From Clostridia bacterium (GTDB taxonomy: Bacteria > Bacillota > Clostridia > Christensenellales > Pumilibacteraceae), in NCBI GenBank assembly GCA_022791915.1, contig JAAWAB010000020.1, positions 4,391 to 68,390 of the forward strand: 64,000 nt of DNA. Direction: 5' to 3'. Below the pieces are notes generated by a model that ran no database searches, was not told the origin of the DNA, and was given only the letters and a program-made list of their open reading frames with translations. Shown piece by piece: positions 45,384 to 56,017 of the stretch (positions are counted from its first letter, which is position 1; every line of letters begins with the position of its first letter). A program made the translations under genes and the position numbers.

Positions 45384-46481
45384 TTGAAAATTGCGTTTGT
45401 GTCTAATTCAAAAAGTATTCATATTATACGTTGGGCAAATGCGTTTGCGGAAAGGGGAAACGACGTTTCGGTTATATCCTGTGCCAACGATGTGGAAACG
45501 GACGGAAAACCATATAACGATAACGTAAAAATTATTTCGCTTAAATTTGCTACTCCGCTCGGATATTATCTGAATGCGGGGCAGTTGAAACGCATTGTAA
45601 AAAGAGAAAAATTCGATGTAATCAATGTGCATTATGCAAGCGGATATGGCACGTTGGGGCGCAAGGCAAAATTGAAGAATGCATTGTTGAACATATGGGG
45701 CAGTGACGTATATGACTTTCCGTATCAAAGCGCTTTCAAGATGCGAGTAATTAAGAAAAATCTGTCGTATTACCGTTATGTTGCATCTACAAGCTTTTGC
45801 ATGGCAGAGCAGGCAAAAAAGTTGGTGGGCAGAGAATATTTCATCACGCCGTTCGGAGTGAACACCGAGTTGTTTAAGCCGATGCCCGAATTTAAACCGC
45901 AGGATAAAATTATTTTCGGGACGGTGAAAACGCTTTCTCCCAAATACGGAATTACCGATACGGTAAAAGCATTTATAAAACTGGTTCAACGACTGACAGC
46001 GGAAGGACACAATAAATTGGCAGACAAATTATATTATGAAATTTACGGGCAGGGTGAACAAAAAGAAGAAATACAAAAATTGATTGGTGGTAACGGAATG
46101 TCCGACAAAATAAAATTGTGTGGCTATGTGCCCAATAATCGTTTGCCCGAGATTTATAATCGGTTTACGGTGAGTAACAGCAACAGCATTCGCAACAGCG
46201 AATCTTTCGGGGTTGCGGCGGTAGAAGCGATGGCATGCGGTATTCCCGTGCAAGTCAGCGATGCCGACGGTTTTGTCGAAGTGGTGGAAAACGGTGTAAC
46301 GGGGTTGATTGCGCCCAAAGGAGATATAGACGCCATTGCCGAAAATATGTATACATTATTGATGAATGACGATTTGCGGGAACGCATGGGAAAAGCGGGC
46401 ATCGAGCGGGTGAAAGCGCTGTATGATTGGCAGAACAATGTAGATACAATGGAAAAGATATATAGGAAGTCGGAGAATTGA
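45384..46481 (+). CDS. glycosyltransferase family 4
   Basis: TTG start after RBS aagggga. GT-B fold with the E-x7-E region (NSESFGVAAVEAMACGIPVQVSDADGFVEVVENGVTG). Confidence 0.8.
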   Translation: MKIAFVSNSKSIHIIRWANAFAERGNDVSVISCANDVETDGKPYNDNVKIISLKFATPLGYYLNAGQLKRIVKREKFDVINVHYASGYGTLGRKAKLKNALLNIWGSDVYDFPYQSAFKMRVIKKNLSYYRYVASTSFCMAEQAKKLVGREYFITPFGVNTELFKPMPEFKPQDKIIFGTVKTLSPKYGITDTVKAFIKLVQRLTAEGHNKLADKLYYEIYGQGEQKEEIQKLIGGNGMSDKIKLCGYVPNNRLPEIYNRFTVSNSNSIRNSESFGVAAVEAMACGIPVQVSDADGFVEVVENGVTGLIAPKGDIDAIAENMYTLLMNDDLRERMGKAGIERVKALYDWQNNVDTMEKIYRKSEN

Positions 46482-46482
46482 G

Positions 46483-47571
46483 ATGATTAGGGTATTAAAT
46501 GTTATTTCGGCGCTGAATAATGCTGGAACGGAAGCGGTAGTAATGAACTATTATCGCAATATGGACAGAGAAAAGGTTCAATTTGATTTTTTGGTGCTAA
46601 ATACTGAAAAGGGCTATTACGAAGATGAAATTTTGGCTTTGGGAGGAAATATATATAAAATCCCTTCCTTTACGAAACAACCGTTGAAATGTATGAGAGC
46701 GCGGAAGGCGTTCTTCAAAACACATCATTATGATATTGTGGAAGTACATTCTCCTACGGCATTACGCTATGCTTATTGTAAATTGGCAAAAAAGAATGGT
46801 TGTCAAAATGTTATTTTTCATATTCATAGTTCTTCTAACAGAAAGGGTTTATTGATTAAATATGCACGAAAGCAATTAAAAAAATATTGTGATCAAACAG
46901 CAACATGCTCTCAATTTTCTGCGATTAGTGTTTTGGGTAAAACAGCAGACAAGATAGTTTATAATGCAATAGAATACAATAACTACAAATACAACGATCT
47001 TCTTCGCCGTAAAATTCGAATGTACTATAATATTAAAAATAATATTAAAGTTATTGGATTTGTGGGACGATTTTCAAAAGTAAAAAATCCAATTTTTCTC
47101 TTGGAAGTTTTGTCAGAAATAATACGTTTAGATGATACAATTTTGTTGATGATGAAAGGATTCGGAGAACTGGCAGACGATATTCGAAATAAAATATATG
47201 ATTTACATTTAGAGAAAAAAGTTATTTTATGCGATGAGCAATTTCCCACTTCGGAATTATATAATGCGTTTGATGTTTTAGTTTTACCTTCCTTGTGGGA
47301 AGGATTGCCACTTGTTGGAATTGAAGCCCAGGCAAACGGATTACGGACGCTTTTTTCGGACGTTATTACAAAAGAATTGAATATAAGCGGATTTGCTACA
47401 TTTGTTCCGTTGAACTCTGTGCAATGGCAACAAGCATTTTTAGATTCTCGGAACTTTGAAAGAATTCCCGAAACGTTTGATTTCGGGCAAACGGAATATA
47501 ACATACAGACTGCAGCTCAAAAAAGACAGAATGAATATTTGGAGATGGCGTTTGAAGGCAGTAAAAAATAA
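46483..47571 (+). CDS. glycosyltransferase (GT1/GT4-type GT-B fold)
   Basis: MIRVLNVISALNNAGTEAVVMNYY N-terminus and LPSLWEGLPLVGIEAQANG C-terminal motif. Confidence 0.75.
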   Translation: MIRVLNVISALNNAGTEAVVMNYYRNMDREKVQFDFLVLNTEKGYYEDEILALGGNIYKIPSFTKQPLKCMRARKAFFKTHHYDIVEVHSPTALRYAYCKLAKKNGCQNVIFHIHSSSNRKGLLIKYARKQLKKYCDQTATCSQFSAISVLGKTADKIVYNAIEYNNYKYNDLLRRKIRMYYNIKNNIKVIGFVGRFSKVKNPIFLLEVLSEIIRLDDTILLMMKGFGELADDIRNKIYDLHLEKKVILCDEQFPTSELYNAFDVLVLPSLWEGLPLVGIEAQANGLRTLFSDVITKELNISGFATFVPLNSVQWQQAFLDSRNFERIPETFDFGQTEYNIQTAAQKRQNEYLEMAFEGSKK

Positions 47572-49021
47572 TAATGAATATGGAATTCAAAGTATATACG
47601 GGTTTAATGCAATAAAACCGATTGCTGTATTTTTAAGTGTGGTATGTTTCTTATGCCTATTATTTGCAGAGCAAAGAACGCAATATGTAGGGGTAATATT
47701 TTTGCCGTTATGTTTTTTTATTATAGTGGCGGTGTTTAATACAAGACGGAATATTAATGGATTAGGTGGTTTTCTTGTATATTGCGCTTATATGTTACGT
47801 TTTACTGTTTTTCCTTTAATTATTGTATTAGGTGAATATCGGGCGGACGTCTCCTCCGACATTTACGAACCGTATTTTAATCAAGCATGCGTTATTATGA
47901 TTATTGAATGTATGGCTGTATTTTTGTTGTTGACTCTTTTTGGAAAAAGACAAGGTAGAAAAAAAGTAAAAAAGAGAACTTTACATGATGTTTCCGATAA
48001 AATAGAAAAACTCTGTGGAAATCATTTTTTGAAATTGATAACGGTCGTTTTTTTTGTTTATAATTGTTTTATGTATATTCGCTATCCAACATTGTTATCG
48101 CTTTATTGGCGATCCATATTTATAAGAAGCGATGATTATATTCGTTTGGTAGCATTACAACATTTAATATCAACAATTCCAGGCTTTTTATATTATCCGT
48201 TTAAGTTAAGCGCCGAATTGCTCCGATATTTTATTACTGCGATTTTGGTAGTAAGAGTTAATAAAAACAAGAAGACAGTGATAAAGAATTGGATTCTTAC
48301 AATTATTATAGCTTTTTTTGCTTTTTCTTTGTTATCTTCCGAACAAATCAATTCTATAATTATTGGAATCAGTATTGTGTATTATATGGTTCTTAAATAT
48401 CATCGACATAGTAAACGAATAATTTTATTTGGATTGATGGCGTTCTGCATTGCAACGATTTTTGTTTTTGTCAGTATAGCGGATGTAACAGATATTGGCT
48501 CGATTGGTCGCATTATTAATAATTATTTTAATGGACCTGTGAATACTGCGATTGCAATTCACATGAAAGAAAATCACTTTGTCGGATTGGAAAATTTGAT
48601 AAATGACTTTTTGGACGCAATTCCTATCATTGGTCGATTAACGGGGACGGTATCCGTAAATACCTTTTATGGCGAAATATACAATATGCAAGGGGCTATT
48701 ATTCCCATGTGTGGCTATGGCTATTACTTTTTCGGATATATTGGGTGTTGGTTGCCTGCGGCATTGGTAATTTGCACGGTTAATTTGTTTGACAAAATCC
48801 TTTTGCAAAAGTTAGGGGCCGAATACAAAATTATTGTAACAGTTGCCGTTATTCATATGGCTATTTGTGTTTTTATGTATACGTTAAATATTTATTTTGC
48901 GTCGTGGATTTACTTTTTCATTCCGATAGTAATAGCTTATAAAATAGATAATAAACAAAAACATATAAAACAAAAAAAATACTTATGTAATGTAAAAAAA
49001 GTATATTATCGGCAGATTTGA
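47531..49021 (+). CDS. polytopic membrane protein, probable Wzy-type repeat-unit polymerase
   Basis: At least 10 hydrophobic helices, very AT-rich, positioned between the GTs and the flippase. Start is uncertain (ATG 47531 or TTG 47552; the track ORF opens at 47456). Confidence 0.55.
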   Translation: MNIWRWRLKAVKNNNEYGIQSIYGFNAIKPIAVFLSVVCFLCLLFAEQRTQYVGVIFLPLCFFIIVAVFNTRRNINGLGGFLVYCAYMLRFTVFPLIIVLGEYRADVSSDIYEPYFNQACVIMIIECMAVFLLLTLFGKRQGRKKVKKRTLHDVSDKIEKLCGNHFLKLITVVFFVYNCFMYIRYPTLLSLYWRSIFIRSDDYIRLVALQHLISTIPGFLYYPFKLSAELLRYFITAILVVRVNKNKKTVIKNWILTIIIAFFAFSLLSSEQINSIIIGISIVYYMVLKYHRHSKRIILFGLMAFCIATIFVFVSIADVTDIGSIGRIINNYFNGPVNTAIAIHMKENHFVGLENLINDFLDAIPIIGRLTGTVSVNTFYGEIYNMQGAIIPMCGYGYYFFGYIGCWLPAALVICTVNLFDKILLQKLGAEYKIIVTVAVIHMAICVFMYTLNIYFASWIYFFIPIVIAYKIDNKQKHIKQKKYLCNVKKVYYRQI

Positions 49022-49041
49022 TTAAGATTTTTTGTAATAAT

Positions 49042-50670
49042 ATGATGGATAAAAAGCGAAGTGTCTTAAATATCTCTATATCTATAATATTTCGTATATT
49101 ATTGTTGGTTGCCAGTCTTTTGGTTCGTCGATATTTAATTCGTTATATCGGAAACGAAGCGAACGGATTGGATTCCCTTTATACGAGTATTATCGGTTTT
49201 TTGTCGGTTGCGGAGTTGGGTGTTGGCTCTGCTATCACTTTTTGTATGTACAAACCGATTGTAGAAGGCAATACCCAAAAAGTGTCGGCGCTATTCGGTT
49301 TGTTTCGCAAGTTATATTTTATTATCGGTGCGATTATTTTGCTTGGCGGTTGCGCGGTTATGCCCTTTTTGCCGTATTTGGCAAAAGATTATTCTTCCGC
49401 AAATTGGCAGCTATTTGTTACGTTTGGATTACTGCTTGTTGCTATCGTATTGTCGTATGCGTTCAGTGCCGAAATTTCGTTAATCAACGCATATAAAAAT
49501 AACTATATTACCACGGCGGTTCACTCGGGCGGTCAGTTACTACAATTTGTGTTGCAAGTTGCGGTAATTATTACAACGCGCTCTTTTATCGGATATTTTA
49601 TTTGTCGGATTGTTGCTACGGGAGTGCAATGGGGCGTTACCGTATTGATTTCGCGTAAACAATACGGAAACATAATGCGGGATAAACGGCGCATAGACGT
49701 TGAAACCAAAGGGGAAGTGGTTAAAAACGTTCGGGCAATGTTTATGCATAAAATCGGCGGTATTTTGGTGAATACGGTAGATAGCATTGTTATTTCCGCA
49801 TGTATCGGTGTGGTTATTTTGGGCAAGTACACCAACTATACCGTCATCATGGCGGCTATGACGGGAACGATTTCCCTGTTTTTCACCCCTTTAACTTCCG
49901 TTATAGGGCATATGTGCATAGAAGAAAATAAAGAGTCCGTTTGCAAATATTATAACTTCTTTTATACGTTTAATTTTGTTTTGGGAATCATATTCTTTTT
50001 GGGGTATTATGCTACCATTGATAACATTGTAACAATTTGTTTCGGTGGCGGACTCGAAATGAATAAAACAATATCTTTGGTGATTACGGTAAATTATTTT
50101 ATTCAGTTTATGCGTCAGGCGACGTTGTTGTTTAAGGACGCTACGGGTACATTTTATAACGATCGGTGGAAACCGCTTATAGAAGGACTAGTCAATATTG
50201 CATTATCTATCGGTTTTGTGTATGTATTCGGCTACCTTTGGGGAGAAAATTTTGCCGTTGTCGGTGTGATTGCGGCAACGATTTTGACGAATTTGTTTAT
50301 TTGCCACATGGTAGAACCGCATGTGCTTTTCAAATATGCTTTCAATAGAAAGGCAAAAACGTATTATATAAAGAATTATCTTTACATGCTACTGTTTGTC
50401 GGTATATTGTTTGCTTTGCATTTCACCATGATTACAAATGAAAATCAATGGATAGAAATGCTTGCAAACGGGGGAATATCTCTTGCCTATTCATTTGCAA
50501 TTTCTCTGGCGGTTATTTTGTGCAATAAAGATTTCCGCTATTATATAAAAAGAGTAATGCGTAAATTAAAACACTCTAAAACAGTAGAACCTTTTCCGCC
50601 CGTTGCGGATAGTGTCAACACGGTTGTCGATGATGACCCTATGCAAACGGACAAGAATGATTTAACATAG
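49042..50670 (+). CDS. Wzx-type oligosaccharide flippase (MOP superfamily)
   Basis: About 12-14 TM helices. N-terminal SVLNISISIIFRILLLVASLLVRRYLIRYIGNEANGL is typical of polysaccharide biosynthesis (PST) flippases. Confidence 0.65.
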   Translation: MMDKKRSVLNISISIIFRILLLVASLLVRRYLIRYIGNEANGLDSLYTSIIGFLSVAELGVGSAITFCMYKPIVEGNTQKVSALFGLFRKLYFIIGAIILLGGCAVMPFLPYLAKDYSSANWQLFVTFGLLLVAIVLSYAFSAEISLINAYKNNYITTAVHSGGQLLQFVLQVAVIITTRSFIGYFICRIVATGVQWGVTVLISRKQYGNIMRDKRRIDVETKGEVVKNVRAMFMHKIGGILVNTVDSIVISACIGVVILGKYTNYTVIMAAMTGTISLFFTPLTSVIGHMCIEENKESVCKYYNFFYTFNFVLGIIFFLGYYATIDNIVTICFGGGLEMNKTISLVITVNYFIQFMRQATLLFKDATGTFYNDRWKPLIEGLVNIALSIGFVYVFGYLWGENFAVVGVIAATILTNLFICHMVEPHVLFKYAFNRKAKTYYIKNYLYMLLFVGILFALHFTMITNENQWIEMLANGGISLAYSFAISLAVILCNKDFRYYIKRVMRKLKHSKTVEPFPPVADSVNTVVDDDPMQTDKNDLT

Positions 50671-50761
50671 TTTATCACGGTTTTAACCCCAAAACCTAAC
50701 GCAAATTTCCTTGACAAAGAAAACGGTTTGTGATATAGTTTCTCTCACTGTCGGGGTTTGT

Positions 50762-52090
50762 ATGAAAATCGGATTATCGGACAAGTTCACATACGGAAAG
50801 TTGTTACGGTTCACGTTGCCGTCTATTTTTATGATGATTTTTACATCGGTCTACGGAATTGTGGACGGATTTTTCGTATCCAACTTTGTGGGAAAAACGC
50901 CGTTTGCCGCAGTAAACTTTATTATGCCGTTTTTAATGATTTTGGGAACGGTGGGATTCATGTTCGGCGCGGGCGGCAGTGCGTTGGTTGCCAAAACGTT
51001 GGGAGAAGGAAAGCGGGAAGAAGCCAATCGGATTTTCTCGTTGATTGTGTATGTTTCGGCGGCGCTCGGCGTTGTATTGGGTGTTCTCGGCATTTTGTTT
51101 ATCCGTCCGTTGGCGCGACTTTTGGGCGCCGAAGGGGAAATGCTTGCGGGGTGTGTGCAATACGGGCGGATTATTCTGATTGCCATACCGCTTTTTATCC
51201 TACAAATGGAGTTTCAGAGTTTTTTCATTACTGCCGAAAAGCCGACGCTCGGGCTTGTTTTTACGCTTGCGGCAGGTATAACGAACATTGTTTTAGACGC
51301 TGTTTTTGTAGGGCTGTGCCGCTGGGGATTGGTGGGCGCCGCCGCCGCGACGGCAGTGGGGCAGGCGGTAGGTGCCGTTGGTCCGCTTATCTACTTTTTC
51401 GGTAAAAACGGTAGCTTGCTTCATTTGGGCAAAACGCGTTGGAACGGAAAAGCATTGTGGCGCACTTGTACGAACGGTTCGTCCGAATTTATGTCTAACG
51501 TGGCAATGAGCGTGGTGAGTATGTTGTACAACATGCAACTCATGAAGTACGCAGGTGAAAACGGCGTGGCGGCATATGGCGTTTTAATGTACGTGAGTCT
51601 TGTGTTCAATGCAATCTTTATCGGTTACGCCATCGGTACCGCGCCCATTGTGGGATATAATTACGGGGCGCTCAATACCGACGAATTGCGCAGTGTGTTC
51701 CGCAAAAGTCTGCTCATTATCCTCATAGCGTCGGTGTGTATGGTGGGGCTTGCCGAGGGGTTGGCAACACCGCTTTCCAAAATGTTTACGCGCTACGACC
51801 CCGAGTTGCTGGCTCTTACCAAACGAGGATTTTTCATCTATTCGTTTGTATTTCTGTTTGCGGGTATCAATATTTACGGTTCGTCGTTTTTCACTGCGCT
51901 CAATAACGGACTGGTGTCTGCCGTCATTTCCTTTTTGCGGACGCTTGTTTTTCAGATTTCCGCCGTGTTGGTGCTTCCTATATTTTGGGCAACAGACGGC
52001 ATATGGGTTTCCATAGTGATTGCCGAAGTTGCCGCCGTAATCGTCACCGTAATCTTTCTTCTTGCCTTGCGTAAACGGTATGGGTATTGA
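50762..52090 (+). CDS. MATE-family efflux transporter
   Basis: Start at ATG 50762. LLRFTLPSIFMMIFTSVYGIVDGFFVSNFVGKTPFAAVNFIMPF and 12 TM helices. Confidence 0.85.
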   Translation: MKIGLSDKFTYGKLLRFTLPSIFMMIFTSVYGIVDGFFVSNFVGKTPFAAVNFIMPFLMILGTVGFMFGAGGSALVAKTLGEGKREEANRIFSLIVYVSAALGVVLGVLGILFIRPLARLLGAEGEMLAGCVQYGRIILIAIPLFILQMEFQSFFITAEKPTLGLVFTLAAGITNIVLDAVFVGLCRWGLVGAAAATAVGQAVGAVGPLIYFFGKNGSLLHLGKTRWNGKALWRTCTNGSSEFMSNVAMSVVSMLYNMQLMKYAGENGVAAYGVLMYVSLVFNAIFIGYAIGTAPIVGYNYGALNTDELRSVFRKSLLIILIASVCMVGLAEGLATPLSKMFTRYDPELLALTKRGFFIYSFVFLFAGINIYGSSFFTALNNGLVSAVISFLRTLVFQISAVLVLPIFWATDGIWVSIVIAEVAAVIVTVIFLLALRKRYGY

Positions 52091-52117
52091 TTGCCCGTAC
52101 AACTACAATTATAAAGT

Positions 52118-52148
52118 AAAACAGCCGACGGAATATCGGCTGTTTTGT
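52118..52148. terminator. bidirectional Rho-independent terminator
   Basis: Stem aaaacagccga/tcggctgtttt between convergent genes. Confidence 0.8.
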
Positions 52149-52168
52149 GTATAAGCATTTTTGTTCGA

Positions 52169-53431
52169 TTAGCGACAGGTTCTGCCCACGTCGGTGTTGT
52201 CGCAGGTGCGGCATTGCAATTCTTTTACGGGGTGTTTGCTTTCTTCAAAGCGGTAATCTTCGCCCGCTTCGGTGATATACTGTTCAATCACGTTGTGGCT
52301 TGCAACGTTGCCCGAAGAACCGTTCACCGTGTCGTTGTATTTGAAGAACTCGTAATTTTCGGGAATGGAGCATACTTCGGTATATTCTTCGAGAACGGAG
52401 GTGTTGTTCACCGTGTTGGAAAGAATGTCACGCACATACTTTTTGTTGTTGGTGATGTTCTTGTCAAACGAAAGAAGCATGGGGAATTCACCTACGGGAA
52501 TCACTTGCTGCCATTCCTTCTTTTCATACTTTTTGAGCATGTTGGCGGCGGCGTGTAGGTGTGCGATTTCCATGTTGAAATGTTCTTCCCAAATGTCGCG
52601 GATATAGCCGTCGGTTTCGTCTTCCATCATGGAGTAGTAGAGATAACATTCGGTGTATTCGTGGCACAGCGCCATTTCCAGCCAAGTGGCGTTGGGGTCG
52701 ATTAAACTTTCGTACTGACTCACGTGCTGTTCTTCTATCATGGCAATCTCGCTGTAAAGACGTCTGCCCAACTCGGTTTTATGCGTCTGCCCGATGTTCA
52801 TATAGTAGTTCATCGTCTGCTGTTCGGCTGCGGTGATAATCATGGTATGCAGATTGGTAAGCGGGTCGCTGCTGCCGCGCGGTGCAAATCGGCGGATATC
52901 GTCGAACGGATAGCGGTGTTCCGAAATGGTGGGGCGTCCGGGCATGATTTCGGTGTAACTGCCTACAAGCCGCTCGCCGCGGATTCCTTCTTCCATTTCC
53001 AGCAAATCGCTGTAACGGTACAGGTGGTCAAAGTCTTCGAGCAGAGCAAAGTCGAGCGCCGCTTTCACGTATTTATCGGGTTCGTATTGCGCCATCATGG
53101 CGGTTAAATCCACCGCAAGTTGTTCGTACGATATCGTTGTTTCCAGCGTGCTTTCATCCATGGGTTTGAGCATGCTGATTTTTTTCTGCTGCTGTTGTTC
53201 GATTCTGCGGGTGAGCGCAATCTCACGACGGATATCGTTGTTGTTGCAGTGCCGCGCAAAGTTGTGCAAAAACCATTGCGCTTCGAACTCGGTGCCGTTC
53301 ATCAATATAACGCGCACTTTGGTGTAGGGGTCTACTTCGTTTTTGTCGTAGGCTTTGGGATACAGTTTGTTCCAATTCTCAAAGCACTTGTTCATCGGCA
53401 TGGGTTTGACGTTGAACGGGTTGAAACTCAT
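52169..53431 (-). CDS. ferritin-like superfamily protein with di-iron-type motifs (420 aa)
   Basis: Start refined to ATG 53431, after RBS aaaggagaa. Carries an E / ExxH / E / ExxH set: ITAAEQQ, IEEQH, CHEYTE, MEIAH. An upstream half has EFEAQ, YEQL and LEDFDH. C-terminal CRTC...C. Confidence 0.6.
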   Translation of the reverse strand: MSFNPFNVKPMPMNKCFENWNKLYPKAYDKNEVDPYTKVRVILMNGTEFEAQWFLHNFARHCNNNDIRREIALTRRIEQQQQKKISMLKPMDESTLETTISYEQLAVDLTAMMAQYEPDKYVKAALDFALLEDFDHLYRYSDLLEMEEGIRGERLVGSYTEIMPGRPTISEHRYPFDDIRRFAPRGSSDPLTNLHTMIITAAEQQTMNYYMNIGQTHKTELGRRLYSEIAMIEEQHVSQYESLIDPNATWLEMALCHEYTECYLYYSMMEDETDGYIRDIWEEHFNMEIAHLHAAANMLKKYEKKEWQQVIPVGEFPMLLSFDKNITNNKKYVRDILSNTVNNTSVLEEYTEVCSIPENYEFFKYNDTVNGSSGNVASHNVIEQYITEAGEDYRFEESKHPVKELQCRTCDNTDVGRTCR

Positions 53432-53588
53432 TTTTTCTATTTCTCCTTTTTTCCCGCAATTCGGGTCGTTACGCGTAGTTTGTCCATTGTTGCATACGCA
53501 TATACCGTGCGCGGAACGCCGTTCCGAAAAAATGTGTTTGCCGTTGTCGAAAAAGTGGGACTTCCGTCGGCTTGTGGCGGAGAATGGC

Positions 53589-53618
53589 TTGACTTTTGGC
53601 ATGGCGGCGGTTTATAAT
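53589..53618 (+). promoter_or_regulatory. sigma-70-type promoter of the uracil permease-upp operon
   Basis: TTGACT (53589-53594), 18-nt spacer, TATAAT (53613-53618). Confidence 0.55.
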
Positions 53619-53683
53619 AAAACGTGGGTGTGCGTGCGGAGTTTTCGTCGCTTACCGAATCAAACAACAGGAGAAAATGAAAG

Positions 53684-55216
53684 ATGAAGATGATTTACGG
53701 CGTCAAAGACAGACCGCCCGTGGGCAGATTGATTCTGTTTGCGTTGCAACAGTTGCTTGCCATTTTGGCGGCAACCATAGCGGTGCCCATGATTACCAAT
53801 AACACGGTGCTCGTTAAATACGGTTTGGATATACAGATGTCTAACAGCGCGGCGTTGTTCGGTGCGGGCGTGGGTACGATTGTGTATCTGTTATTGACGC
53901 GATTCCGTAGCCCCGTGTTCCTTGGCAGCAGTTTTGCCTTTCTCGGTTCTATGGCGGCGGCGTTTGCGGGCGGCGTGTCTATGTCGCTCGGCTATTTGGG
54001 GCTTTTAATCGGTGCGGCATTTGCCGGCGTTGTGTATGTAATCATTGCGCTGATTGTCAAGTTTGCGGGTACCAAATGGATTGATAAAGTAATGCCTGCC
54101 GTGGTAATAGGACCCACGGTTGCAATTATAGGACTTTCGCTTGCGGGCAACGCAATCGGGCAGCTTACCAGTTCGCCTGTGGCGGAAGCGGGCGGCTATC
54201 TCATGAATACGCACGGTATTTTATGCCTTATCTGCGGATTGGTGACGCTTGTCGTAACGATTGTATGCTCGGTATTCGGCAAAAAAATGCTGAAAATGAT
54301 TCCGTTTATTATCGGAATACTTTCGGGGTATGCGTTGGCGGCGATTTTAACGGGCATAGGGCATGCGGCAGGAAACGAAGCGCTCAAAATCATCGATTTC
54401 ACGCTGTTTAAGAATATGAAATGGTATCCCGACTTCTCGTTCCTGCAAGCGTTCAAAGGCGGGTACGGAACGGGTGCGGACGGCATAACCAAAATCAACG
54501 TGGGCGCCTATATCGGCTCTATTGCCGTGGCGTATATTCCCGTGGCGTTCGTTGTGTTTGCCGAACACCTTGCCGACCATAAAAATATTTCGTCGATTAT
54601 CGAACATGATTTGCTCAAAGACCCCGGGTTGAACCGCACGCTTTTGGGCGACGGTGTGGGCTCGGTGGCGGGCGCGCTTTTCGGCGGTTGTCCCAACACC
54701 ACCTACGGCGAATCGGTGGGGTGCGTGGCGATTTCGGGCAATGCGTCGGTGGTCACTATTTTGGTTACGGCGCTCATGGCGATTGTGTTTGCGTTCGTTG
54801 CGCCCTTTGTCACGTTCCTTTCCACAATTCCCGACTGCGTAATGGGCGGCGTATGTATTGCGTTGTACGGCTTTATCGCCGTGTCCGGCTTAAAAATGAT
54901 TCAGAAAGTGGATTTGGGAGATAACCGCAATCTGTTCACCGTGTCGGTTATCTTGATTGCGGGCGTGGGCGGTATGGCTCTCACGTTCGGAAAAGTTACG
55001 GTTACCGAAGTAGCATGCGCGCTCATTCTGGGTATACTTACCAACGTGTTGGTGAATATCGGCAAAAAGAAAGAAACGCCCGAATCGATTTCGGCAGAAG
55101 ACGCGGTGCCTGCTGCGGGAGTAGGGCAAGCGGATTCTGTTTCGGAAGAAGGAGAAGCCGCTCCTACGGCAAGTGATACGGCGAACGAACAAGCCGATAC
55201 GGACAACGTACAGTAA
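53684..55216 (+). CDS. uraA: uracil/xanthine permease (NCS2/NAT family) with a C-terminal low-complexity tail
   Basis: [36 protein letters not shown] (NAT signature region), 14 TM helices. About 50-aa Ala/Glu/Asp-rich tail. Confidence 0.8.
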   Translation: MKMIYGVKDRPPVGRLILFALQQLLAILAATIAVPMITNNTVLVKYGLDIQMSNSAALFGAGVGTIVYLLLTRFRSPVFLGSSFAFLGSMAAAFAGGVSMSLGYLGLLIGAAFAGVVYVIIALIVKFAGTKWIDKVMPAVVIGPTVAIIGLSLAGNAIGQLTSSPVAEAGGYLMNTHGILCLICGLVTLVVTIVCSVFGKKMLKMIPFIIGILSGYALAAILTGIGHAAGNEALKIIDFTLFKNMKWYPDFSFLQAFKGGYGTGADGITKINVGAYIGSIAVAYIPVAFVVFAEHLADHKNISSIIEHDLLKDPGLNRTLLGDGVGSVAGALFGGCPNTTYGESVGCVAISGNASVVTILVTALMAIVFAFVAPFVTFLSTIPDCVMGGVCIALYGFIAVSGLKMIQKVDLGDNRNLFTVSVILIAGVGGMALTFGKVTVTEVACALILGILTNVLVNIGKKKETPESISAEDAVPAAGVGQADSVSEEGEAAPTASDTANEQADTDNVQ

Positions 55217-55235
55217 AAACATAAGGGGAAAGAAT

Positions 55236-55874
55236 ATGAAAAACTATAAAAACGTAACGGTGCTCGACCATCCGCTCATTCGGCATAAGATTGCCATTTT
55301 GCGCGATAAGCGAACGGGAACAAAGCAATTCCGCGAACTGATTGAAGAAATTACCACGCTCATGACGTTCGAGAGTTTTAAGGACGTTCCCACCAAAACG
55401 GTGACCGTTTCCACGCCGCTCGAAGACTGCGAGCAGAAAATGGTGGTAGACGGCAGCATTGCCATAGTGCCCATTCTGCGCGCGGGGCTCGGCATGGTGA
55501 GCGGCGTACACACGTTGTTTCCCACCGCAAAAGTGGGGCACATCGGCATGTATCGTGACGAAGAAACGCTTGAACCGCAAGAATATTATTGCAAGCTGCC
55601 TGCGGGTATCGAGAAAATGCAGGCAATCGTGCTCGACCCCATGCTTGCTACGGGCGGCAGTGCGTGCGACGCAATCGATTTGCTGAAAAAACGCGGTTGC
55701 AAGTCCATTAAGCTGATGAATATTATCGGCGCGCCCGAAGGCGTGCAAAAAGTTGCCGAAGCGCACCCCGACGTGAATATCTATATTTCCACGCTGGACC
55801 GTTGCTTAAACGAGAACGGCTATATTCTGCCGGGATTGGGCGACGCGGGCGACCGCATTTTCGGCACCAAATAA
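55236..55874 (+). CDS. upp: uracil phosphoribosyltransferase
   Basis: Start at ATG 55236, after RBS aagggga. [28 protein letters not shown] (PRPP loop) and [15 protein letters not shown]. Confidence 0.95.
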   Translation: MKNYKNVTVLDHPLIRHKIAILRDKRTGTKQFRELIEEITTLMTFESFKDVPTKTVTVSTPLEDCEQKMVVDGSIAIVPILRAGLGMVSGVHTLFPTAKVGHIGMYRDEETLEPQEYYCKLPAGIEKMQAIVLDPMLATGGSACDAIDLLKKRGCKSIKLMNIIGAPEGVQKVAEAHPDVNIYISTLDRCLNENGYILPGLGDAGDRIFGTK

Positions 55875-55902
55875 TTTGCTTTTATACAAGAATCACAAAA
55901 CG

Positions 55903-55932
55903 AAAAATCGGCGGTTTATCCGTCGATTTTTT
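55903..55932 (+). terminator. Rho-independent terminator
   Basis: Stem aaaaatcggcgg/ccgtcgattttt with a T-run. Confidence 0.75.
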
Positions 55933-56017
55933 CATGGTGCGTGCTTATGTATTGATTTTTGAAAATTCGGACGACCGCTTGCCTTTCGGCGGGTAATATG
56001 ATAGAATAGCGTTGGGT

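Noticed and set aside
47531-49021. Homopolymer tracts as phase-variation switches (T8 at about 48048-48055 and A8 at about 48972-48979 in the Wzy-like gene; A8 at about 60738-60745 in the surface-protein gene)
   Set aside because: Runs of this length are expected by chance in such AT-rich coding sequence. There is no evidence of length heterogeneity from a single sequence. Population reads could revisit this.
53619-53683. PyrR-type attenuator upstream of the uracil permease-upp operon
   Set aside because: The 5' UTR is only about 60 nt, has no terminator/antiterminator pair, and has no ARUCCAGAGAGG-like PyrR loop.
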